Assembly: GCA_918797485.1 (NCBI GenBank)
Contig: CAKKNE010000002.1
Location: forward strand, 372,001 to 436,000
Length of the DNA stretch: 64,000 bases
Direction: 5' to 3'
Origin: Pelagomonas calceolata
Lineage: Eukaryota
Position numbers and translations under genes: made by a program. The notes beneath the pieces were generated by a model that saw only the letters and a list, made by a program, of their open reading frames with translations, had not been told where the DNA came from and searched no databases. Below, piece by piece: positions 1 through 8,111 of the stretch (positions within the stretch are counted from its first letter, which is position 1; each line of letters opens with the position of its first letter).

Positions 1-71
1 GACGCGCCTCTGTTCTTAACTTTAACAAGTATGTCGAAAAGAATTCTAACATTTGCGAGACAGCTGCCGAT

Positions 72-95
72 GCTAGTGTCTTACCGATTGCTAGC
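72..95 (+). promoter_or_regulatory. GCTAG dyad motif copy
   Basis: GCTAGTGTCTTACCGATTGCTAGC, 237 bp before the RF3 ATG. Confidence 0.65.
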
Positions 96-331
96 AACCT
101 CTTGTGGGGCTTGCAGTCGGTGTTGCTTGACCTGCAGGGAAGCAAGACTCGCCACATTTCGGCATTCACTGCGGGCAAGCAGAACTCGTCAAATTTCCGG
201 CATTCTTAGCTGCTTGAGTGGCTACGTGCCAGCTGTGACGTCTTGGTGCAAACCGAGCGCTGCTCCTCGCCCGGCTGTATTCCGGGCCCAAGGTGCATTG
301 TTAAATCTGCAAACCGAGCGTTGAGCCAGCA

Positions 332-2062
332 ATGCGCTCCCTGCTGCTCCTCGCCACGGCTGCCGCGGCCCTGCGCCCGCAGCCCGCACCGCGCACAACC
401 ACAAAGCTCCGCGCGGCTGCGGCGCCGCCCGACGAGATTGCCAGGAGGCGCAACTTCGCCATCATCAGCCACCCCGACGCCGGGAAGACGACGCTCACCG
501 AGAAACTCCTCTTGTATGGAGACGCGATCCAGCAGGCGGGCATGGTGAAGGCTCGCGCGAACGGCCGCGACTCGACGTCGGACTTTCTGGCCATGGAGAA
601 GGAGCGCGGCATTTCTATATCGTCCACGTGTCTCACGTTCGAGTATGGCGGCGCGCGCATCAATTTGATGGACACGCCGGGCCACGCGGACTTTTCCGAG
701 GACACTTATAGAACCCTAAGCGCGGCGGACAACGCGGTCATGCTTGTCGATGGAGGCAAGGGCCTGGAGCCGCAGACGCGGAAACTGTTTGGGGTGGCGC
801 GGCGGTCGAACCTGCCCGTGTTTACGTTTGTGAACAAATTGGACCGGCCGGCGATGTCGCCCTGGGAGGTGCTGGACGAGATCTCGGCGGAGTTCAACCT
901 CGAGACGGCCGTGCGCACGTTCCCCATCGGCGACGGTGAAAGATTTCGAGGTGTGTATGATGCGGCGAAAGACGAGGTCTGGCTCTACACGAGGACGGAG
1001 CGAGGCAAGAAGGCGTCGGTGGAGCGCATCTCCTGGGAGGATAGAGATGAGATCAGCGAGAAAATCGGGGATGAGGAACTCGACGCGCAGCTCGAGGAGG
1101 ACCGCGAGATGATTCGGGAGCTCACGCCGCCGTTAGATGATGAAAAACTCAAGAAGGGCGAGATGACGAGCGTCTACTTCGGCAGCGCCATGGGCGATCA
1201 AGGTGTGGAGCCTTTTCTGGACGAGTTCATCGACCTGGGGTCGCGGCCGGCTTCCAGGCCGCTGCGTGATGACAAGACGCTCGAGCCGTCGCACAGTGAA
1301 TTCGCGGGCTTTGTGTTCAAGATGCAGGCCAACTTGGATCCGAAGCACCGGGACTGCATGGCTTATGTAAGGGTCGTGTCGGGGACGTTCCGGAAAGGCA
1401 TGAAGGTCATCCATGGTCGGACGGGGCGTTCATTGACGCTCGCCACTGCCACAATGTTGTTCGGTTCGGATAGAGACGGCGTCGAGGAGGCGTTCCCGGG
1501 CGACGTCATCGGCTTGAATAATCCGGCGGGCGGCCTTTTTCAAATAGGCGACGCGCTGCACACGGGTTCGAGTGTGGCCTTCGAGCCCATCCCCTCCTTC
1601 TCGCCCGAAGTCTTCGGCTACTTGAGACCGACAGAAGTCGGCGCGTCGCGGAAGTCCTTCGCCAAGGGCGTCGACCAATTGTTGGCGGAGGGCGCCGTCC
1701 AGCGGCTGAAGGAGCGGGGCAACGACGGGCCCGATCCGTTGTTGGCGGCCGTCGGCGAGCTCCAGTTCGAGGTTGTGGTAGATAGGATGCAGGGCGAGTA
1801 CGGCGTGAGCTGCGCCGTCGAGCGCGTGTCCTACACGATCGCGCGGTGGTGCCGGCCCGAGCTCCCGGCGGACGAGGCCTGGGCTGCTGTGGATGCGGCG
1901 AAGAAGGAAGGGGCTTTGACGGGCGCCTTCTACGCCGAGGATATGTTTGGAAGGCCCGTGCTTCTGTTTAGAAACGCGTACACCGTCGAGCGCCTCGAGA
2001 ACGACGCCGATTTAGATCTCGGGCTCCAGCCGTGGGCGCTGCCGCCGGCGACCGCTCCCTAA
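332..2062 (+). CDS. prfC: Peptide chain release factor 3 (bacterial-type RF3), probably plastid-targeted
   Basis: RRNFAIISHPDAGKTTLTEKLLLYG, EKERGISI, DTPGHADFSEDTYR, NKLD, FKMQANLDPKHRD and VGELQFEV motifs. N-terminal signal peptide (MRSLLLLATAAAA) followed by a transit-like region. Confidence 0.95.
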   Translation: MRSLLLLATAAAALRPQPAPRTTTKLRAAAAPPDEIARRRNFAIISHPDAGKTTLTEKLLLYGDAIQQAGMVKARANGRDSTSDFLAMEKERGISISSTCLTFEYGGARINLMDTPGHADFSEDTYRTLSAADNAVMLVDGGKGLEPQTRKLFGVARRSNLPVFTFVNKLDRPAMSPWEVLDEISAEFNLETAVRTFPIGDGERFRGVYDAAKDEVWLYTRTERGKKASVERISWEDRDEISEKIGDEELDAQLEEDREMIRELTPPLDDEKLKKGEMTSVYFGSAMGDQGVEPFLDEFIDLGSRPASRPLRDDKTLEPSHSEFAGFVFKMQANLDPKHRDCMAYVRVVSGTFRKGMKVIHGRTGRSLTLATATMLFGSDRDGVEEAFPGDVIGLNNPAGGLFQIGDALHTGSSVAFEPIPSFSPEVFGYLRPTEVGASRKSFAKGVDQLLAEGAVQRLKERGNDGPDPLLAAVGELQFEVVVDRMQGEYGVSCAVERVSYTIARWCRPELPADEAWAAVDAAKKEGALTGAFYAEDMFGRPVLLFRNAYTVERLENDADLDLGLQPWALPPATAP

Positions 2063-2082
2063 AGTTGTTGATTCAAACACAA

Positions 2083-2922
2083 TTACCGTCGACTCCCCGC
2101 GAGGAGCGGGTCGTCCGGCGCGAGGAGGTGCGCGTAGGGGACCTCGCCCTCCGCCGCGAGCAGAAAATCCTCGCAGATCGGCGGCCCGAGCTCCTGGTCC
2201 GCCGGGTTGTCGAAGGGCAGCAGCTCTTCCAGAGACGGCTCTTCGACGACCCCGCCGCCCTCGGCCGCGTGGACCCGGGCGTACTCGGCCTGCGCGCGCT
2301 CCTCGAGCCGCCGCAGCATCCGGTCCTGGTCCTCGCTGATATAGGGCTCGCCGGCGCGCCGCAGCACGTCCTCGACGGCGTCGAAATTATCGTCGTCGCC
2401 GCCGAAGGCGTCTTCCGGGAACGGGTCCGGGTTCAATTTCTCGTCCAGCTCGTTCAACTCCTTGATGAGCGCGTCGTTGTCGAAGAGCCTTCCCAAGGGC
2501 TTCTCGATGGGCTCCGTGTCGTCGCGATACTGGCCCCGTCGCAGCGCGGGCGCTTCTTCCTCGATGGCCGGCTCGGCCTTGGCCTCCTCGACGCCCTCGT
2601 CGTCCCGAAAGGAGATTTGTTTCTTGACCGCGGATTTCGCTGGCGTCTGGAACGTGATCTTGCGGCCCGTCTTTTTTTGGGTGGTCGGGTCGATTTCGAG
2701 GCCGCCGCCGTCGGCCTTGCGCACGGTGGCGTTGTTCGCCGCGCCCTTGGTGATGTCGCCGAAGAGCACGCGCTTGGCCGTCGTCTGCGGCTTGAGTTTA
2801 TGGGTGGCGGGCGTCGGCAGCGCCGAGCCGAGCGCCGCCTTGCGCGCAGTTTTTAATCCATCGTGGTGCGGCGTCTTGGCCGGCTTGAGGCTCGCGCCCT
2901 CGTCGAAGATGAGGCTCGACAT
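2083..2922 (-). CDS. Hypothetical disordered protein with D-box-like motifs (securin-like candidate)
   Basis: ORF from ATG 2922 (MSSLIFDE). Basic N-terminal half with RKAALG and KRVLFGDIT, acidic C-terminal half with DDTEPIEK. Confidence 0.7.
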   Translation of the reverse strand: MSSLIFDEGASLKPAKTPHHDGLKTARKAALGSALPTPATHKLKPQTTAKRVLFGDITKGAANNATVRKADGGGLEIDPTTQKKTGRKITFQTPAKSAVKKQISFRDDEGVEEAKAEPAIEEEAPALRRGQYRDDTEPIEKPLGRLFDNDALIKELNELDEKLNPDPFPEDAFGGDDDNFDAVEDVLRRAGEPYISEDQDRMLRRLEERAQAEYARVHAAEGGGVVEEPSLEELLPFDNPADQELGPPICEDFLLAAEGEVPYAHLLAPDDPLLAGSRR

Positions 2923-3088
2923 CGCGTTCTGTCCGAGTTGGCGCTGCGCGGCCCCCTGGCTGTTCGGCGCCCGCAAAAGCGCTGCTAGCGCGACGCGGCA
3001 GCTCTGGTGAGACGTTAGCGGGTTTTAAGGGCTTGGGTTTGCCCGGCAGCGGCTCGTAAACTGGGCAACTAGAATTGCCGCCGCCGAT

Positions 3089-3111
3089 GCTAGCGGCCTG
3101 TAACACACTAG
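3089..3111 (-). promoter_or_regulatory. GCTAG dyad motif copy
   Basis: Reverse complement CTAGTGTGTTACAGGCCGCTAGC, 167 bp before ATG 2922. Confidence 0.6.
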
Positions 3112-3374
3112 GGTCCTGGCGGCAAGGTCCATATGTCTGCGCAAAGCGGTTTGATTGTTGCTCGACTCGATCGGTCGCCTCCAGAGCCTTGCGCGGGGCC
3201 GAACCCATACGCTTGCGATTTGGCAGTCCCCTCCATATTATGTCTTGTCTGACAAACGCTCGGCCTCCGGCCCCCAGACGCCGGCGCCCAGAGTCTATGT
3301 TATTCCAGGGTCCGTGAGGGTGTCCTGGGCTGCTCCCGTGAACATTGGTCCCCACGAGACAGAGAGGCTCCCTG

Positions 3375-4781
3375 ATGACGGCCGAAGCCACCACTTCCCT
3401 CTTCATCACCTACCAAACGCCTGTGGTACTGCAACCCGTGGTCCTGAAGCTCACGCTGCAGCGGCGCACCTGGGAGCAGCGGCCCTGTTCGCACCTCGTC
3501 GACGCGTTCCTCAAGGCCGCGCGGCCGTCCATCCTCAAGGCGGCGGCCTTCTCACAAGGCCGCGCGCCACGCGTGGAGGACGTCGTCGACGCCGATGAGC
3601 TGGTTTTAACGGATGCTGCCGGTGCCACAATCACCGCCGACGCGCCCGTCTCGGAACTGACCAAGGGCGCGGCTGTCGCGCGCGCGGCGCTGCGGCCACG
3701 TCCGAGCGCGCCGTCGACGCCCACGCGAACGCCTCAGAAAAAGAAGAAAGTTTCGTGGTCGCCGGACGTCGTCGAGCGGAGCCGCCCGCCGGCGGTCGGG
3801 CTGGTCTGCACGCTCAAGGACGCCTCGAAGCGCCTGGATAGCTATATAAGGTACCACCAGCGAGTCGGCTTCGCGCGGATCTATCTGTACTTCGACGACG
3901 CGTCGGAGACCGCGGACATCGAGGCGGCTCGCGGCTACGCGGACGTCGAAGTGATCGTCCGCGACGAGGCGTTGGTCGCCGCGTGGGCAAACTTGCCCGG
4001 CTGGGCGGCCCTGAAAGATTATGTGCAAGACGACGTCCAGGTGCGGCAGATGCTCAACGCGCTGCACTGCCTCCGGCGGGCGGAGGCGCGCGACAGGCTC
4101 CAGTGGCTCGTGCACGTCGACTCGGACGAACTGTTCGACCCCGGCGCGCGGTCGATCCACGACCACTTCCGCTACCTGGAGGCGTCGCGCTTCGACTGGT
4201 TCTGCTACCACAACTTCGAGGCCGTGCCCGAAGTCGCCTATCAGACCGAGGTTGATCCGTTCCTCACGGTGTCGCTCTTCAAGCGGGCCGCGTGCCTCGT
4301 GCCGGACGCGGCCAAGGCCGTCTCCGAAACGTGGCGCGCGCGGAACTTTGGCATCGACCCGTTCCTCTTCTACGCCAACGGCAAAACGTCAGTGAGGTGC
4401 GGCGTCGGCGCGTGCCCCGTCTCCGTCCACGCGTGGGGCCGCAAGGATCCACTCCGCGGCGGCACGAACGATCCGAGGCACAAAGCGCTGGCCCTCGACG
4501 CGTCGGTGGCGTGCCGCGTGCTCCACTACGCGTGCTGCTCCTTCGCCCAGCTCCGCCGGAAATACGAGACGCTCGGCGCGTTCCCGAACTCGTGCGTCGC
4601 CGGGACGGTCCACCACGAGCCGGACACGTTCCACTGCAAGTGCCGCGACGCGTTCCTCACCGGGGGCCCGCCGGCGCTCGCGGCGCTGTTCGAGCGCTGC
4701 GTCGTCCTCGACGACGTGCGCGAGGCGCGGCGGGGGATCGAGGCGGGCGTGCTCGAGCGCGTGCGCATCGCCAAGTTTTAA
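3375..4781 (+). CDS. GT-A fold glycosyltransferase (Glyco_transf_2_4/GT92-like)
   Basis: YIRYHQRVGFARIYLYFDD, WLVHVDSDEL (DxD), YANGKT and VLHY motifs. First ATG at 3375. Confidence 0.8.
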   Translation: MTAEATTSLFITYQTPVVLQPVVLKLTLQRRTWEQRPCSHLVDAFLKAARPSILKAAAFSQGRAPRVEDVVDADELVLTDAAGATITADAPVSELTKGAAVARAALRPRPSAPSTPTRTPQKKKKVSWSPDVVERSRPPAVGLVCTLKDASKRLDSYIRYHQRVGFARIYLYFDDASETADIEAARGYADVEVIVRDEALVAAWANLPGWAALKDYVQDDVQVRQMLNALHCLRRAEARDRLQWLVHVDSDELFDPGARSIHDHFRYLEASRFDWFCYHNFEAVPEVAYQTEVDPFLTVSLFKRAACLVPDAAKAVSETWRARNFGIDPFLFYANGKTSVRCGVGACPVSVHAWGRKDPLRGGTNDPRHKALALDASVACRVLHYACCSFAQLRRKYETLGAFPNSCVAGTVHHEPDTFHCKCRDAFLTGGPPALAALFERCVVLDDVREARRGIEAGVLERVRIAKF

Positions 4782-4869
4782 GTATGCGACTCGCGTAGCT
4801 GTTCCCCGGTACCGGGCGATTCAGACAACATAAGTTAGAGACGCGATCGATTGCGGCGAGGGCCTCCAC

Positions 4870-6213
4870 TCACGAGAGGAAGTCGGACCACGGCTCGCCG
4901 TCGTGCACGTCCTCGCGCATCCACATCGTCACGATCTGCTTGACGCCCTCTCTCAATAAACAGCCCGTGTGCAGCGTGTTCCCGTCGTCCATGTACCCGT
5001 CGCTTTGCTTGTAGGTGAACAATACAGCGCTATCATCTTGAGGCTGGACCTTGAGCCTAGCTTTCGGGAAGACGGTCGCGCCGCCGACCTCGGGCGCCCG
5101 GCAGTAGTGGATCAGCGTCGCGACGCGCCCACCGCGCGCGTAGGGCGTCCTATGACACACGCCGTCGCAGTGCGGCCGGTACTCGCCGCCGTGCGCGTAC
5201 TGGATGAAGTTCAGCGGCTCCTGGAACGGGCCCGGCGTCACGTCGTACGACCGCAGGTTCTCCGCGAGTTTGAACGCCCGTTTGATGAGGTGGTTCGTGA
5301 TCGACGTCTCATTACTCCGAGACCATTCTAGATTTGCGGAGATGGCGCGCCTATCGGCAATGACGTTCCGCTCCCCGAAGACCTGCGCGTCCGCCAGGCC
5401 TATGCGCAGCGCGCGGCCCTCCATGTCCGCGCAGTCGCCGGGCTTCGTCCAGTTCGGCAGGTAGGCTATCAAAGGCTCCTCCCTCAGAATCTCGACCTGC
5501 AGGTCGCGCCCGTCGAGCTCATCTCTATATTCTGCGACGCGCACGGGCTCCGAGGGCGGCGTCTTCTCCGCACATAACGCCGTGTGGAGCTCCTCTTTGA
5601 AGTCGTGCTTCTTCTGGTCGTAGAACTCGATGACGCTCCGATACAGGAGCTCGCCGTCGCCCGACGTCCAGTCGTAGTGCTCGCCCCTCCTTACGGACCA
5701 GATGCGCGTCGCGCCCGGCGCCACGTCCACGGTCCGCGACGCGTTCTTCGTGTCCGTCAGCCGCATCGCGTACGCCGCGCGGTTCGTGAAGTGGGCCTCG
5801 AACGGGTCGTCGCGCTCCTGCTCGCGCTTCCGCGCGTGCGCGTCGAGGACGCGCGGCTTTTCCCCGAAGACGTGGCGCTCCATGCCGCGCGCCGCGTGGA
5901 CGGTGCCCTCGAGCTCGTCGGTCGTGCACGTCTCCGACTGCGCCGGCGGCCGCCAGCCGAAGGCGTGGCCCTCGTACGTGTTCACATTGAACTCGCCGCC
6001 GGGCTCCACCGTGCCCATGAGGCTCGGCTCGGCGCCCGAGCCGATCCAGTAAAGCTCGCGCGGCTCCGCGTAGGGGTTCTCGAAGATGAGGGCGAAGGGC
6101 TCGTTTTTTTTCGCTTCGTATACGAGGCGCGACCGCTTGTAGGCCGCGTCCGTGTCTGACTCCTTGCTTGCCGCGAGCGCTGCTGCGGTGATTACGAGCG
6201 CGCAGCGCATCAT
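4870..6213 (-). CDS. Secreted/ER prolyl 4-hydroxylase (2OG-Fe(II) dioxygenase) with N-terminal VHL-beta-like domains
   Basis: EPLNFIQY..GGEYRPHCD, RVATLIHY, GGATVFP and TLHTGC...K...TMW motifs. Signal peptide MMRCALVITAAALAA. FEN...ELYW...NTYEGHAF resembles a VHL beta domain. Confidence 0.85.
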   Translation of the reverse strand: MMRCALVITAAALAASKESDTDAAYKRSRLVYEAKKNEPFALIFENPYAEPRELYWIGSGAEPSLMGTVEPGGEFNVNTYEGHAFGWRPPAQSETCTTDELEGTVHAARGMERHVFGEKPRVLDAHARKREQERDDPFEAHFTNRAAYAMRLTDTKNASRTVDVAPGATRIWSVRRGEHYDWTSGDGELLYRSVIEFYDQKKHDFKEELHTALCAEKTPPSEPVRVAEYRDELDGRDLQVEILREEPLIAYLPNWTKPGDCADMEGRALRIGLADAQVFGERNVIADRRAISANLEWSRSNETSITNHLIKRAFKLAENLRSYDVTPGPFQEPLNFIQYAHGGEYRPHCDGVCHRTPYARGGRVATLIHYCRAPEVGGATVFPKARLKVQPQDDSAVLFTYKQSDGYMDDGNTLHTGCLLREGVKQIVTMWMREDVHDGEPWSDFLS

Positions 6214-6763
6214 CTTTCCAGCTGTTTCCAATGGTGTTCCAATGGTGTTCCAGGCCGAGTTGGCTGCCAGCGCTTTCACTATGAGTTTTGCTAAGTTTTT
6301 TGCCCTAGCAAGCTACAGGACAGCGCTTCGGAGCTGTGCAACGCCAATGCGCCTCGCAGCTTTAGGCTGAGCAGCATGCAAAGCTGGAGCTTGTTGGCAT
6401 AATTTTATTTTTTGGGGCTTGAGGCACGGGTTTTTTCGCGACCAAGCACCGATAAGATAGCGGTTTGGGCTGCCTTCTGTGGGCAATCGACCCCTGCACG
6501 ACGTCTGCGCCTTCGGCGCGAAATGGCATCGGAAATTATCGGTGCTAGCTGTGGCTGTGCGGCGCCGGTTGTTTGGGCCCAGCCAAAGCGAATTGCTGCG
6601 TGGGAAATACATTTGGCATCTATTTTTCGATTGTAGTTTCAGATCCCGGCCCGCTGCTGCTCCCTGAAGCTGTACTCAGCTACTCAGCTGGCAGCTTTTT
6701 TCAGGCAGCTATTCAGCTATTTTGCTGCACCTCTCGTCGCAGCGATAACAACGCATCGCAGCG

Positions 6764-8031
6764 ATGGCGCTGGACGCGCCGCTCGCGGCGCTCGAGCGCC
6801 ACTGCGGCCTGGCCCGGGGCCACGGCCGGTTCTTCCTCAACGCGGGCGCGTTCATTGGGTTGATGGTCATAAGCAACGCGCTCGAGGAGGAGTTATATAC
6901 AAATTTACCAGGCTTCGACTATTTCAAGGCCGTCGCGTGCCTCGAGCTAGCCACGTTCGCCGCGGCGGCGCTGCTAGCCGAAAGGCGGTCGGGCCTCAAA
7001 ACGCCGCGCAAGGCGCCGCTCGCGTTCTACGCGGTACTGGGCGCGTCGATGGCGCTCTCGCAGACCCTGGGCAAGCTCGCGAACAAGTACGTCAACTTTA
7101 CCGTGTCGACGATCTTCAAGTGCTCGAAGGCGTTGCCGACGATGGCCCTGATGGTCCTCTGCGGCAAGCGGTATACGCTGGCGAACGTCGCGGCGGCGCT
7201 GACGATGGCGCTGTCGGCGTTCTGCTTCGCCGTCGGCGCGCGCCAGGCCGACGCCGACTTCAACTTCCTGGGCGTGCTGCTGAACGGGCTGTACCTCTTA
7301 TTTCAGGCGCTGCAGGTCGCGCTGCAGGACAGCGCGCTGCGGGCCCCTGTGTGGAAATCAAGAGTGTGTCGGGGGCACCCGATAATTCTTCACCAAGTCA
7401 TTTCTCGGCGACGACGCGGCAGTGCTGGCAGCCCGTCGACCGGTGAGGAACCAGCATCGCCACGCCATCGATCAGGCGTCACATCGATGGCGTGGCCGAC
7501 GCGAAGATTCAGCATGAACGCGCCGTGAAATTTTGATGTCCACACAGGCGGGACCACGGCGCCTCGATCGACGAGACGATGCTCTACGCGAACGCGATCG
7601 GCCTCGCCGCCCTGGGGTGCTGGGCCCTGGGCGACGGCGAACTGATCGCGGCCATAAGCTTCTTCGCGGCGCGGCCGAACGCTGTCCTGTTACTTGCGGC
7701 GCGGAACGGGACGTTTTACTTCGCCGTGCGCTACTACACGGCCGTGGTCAAGGACGCGGGCGGCGTCGCCGCGGTGACGGTGGGCATTGTCCGGAAGATC
7801 CTCACGGTCATCTGCTCGCTCCTCCTCTTCTCGAAGCCGTGGGCCAACATCTACGGCGTCGGCGGCCTGCTCTTCGCGGCCGCGCTGGCCCAGGAAAGTC
7901 GGAACGCGCGCACGCGGGAGAAGCTCCAGCACTCGCGGTCGTCGAGCGACCTCGCCGACGACGAGGAGAGCCCGCCGCCGCCGGCAGCCTCGCCCGCCCG
8001 TCGATCGCCGCGGATCGATGTATCAAAATAA
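6764..8031 (+). CDS. UAA-family nucleotide-sugar/PAPS transporter (SLC35B3-like), 2 exons
   Basis: Exons 6764-7338 and 7548-8031 splice in frame (..DSALRDHGASIDETMLY..) across GC-AG intron 7339-7547. Motifs YVNF...IFKCSK.LP.M and VRKILTVICS, with many TM segments. Confidence 0.85.
7347..7547 (+). mobile_element. Introner element (non-autonomous TIR DNA transposon forming a 209-nt GC-AG intron)
   Basis: TIRs CTGTGTGGAAATCAA ... TTGATGTCCACACAG. 8-bp TSD GCGGGCCC (7339-7346) / GCGGGACC (7548-7555). Body is homologous to 56910-57105. Confidence 0.9.
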
Positions 8032-8111
8032 CTTGAATGTGTTGTAAGTCGTGCTAGTCCGCCGGCGGAGGATCGATGTATCAAAATAATAATGTGTTGT
8101 AAGTCGTGCTA
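8012..8111. repeat. Tandem duplication of a convergent-gene stop-codon junction
   Basis: GGATCGATGTATCAAAATAA...AATGTGTTGTAAGTCGTGCTA occurs at 8012-8056 and 8070-8111. Confidence 0.9.
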
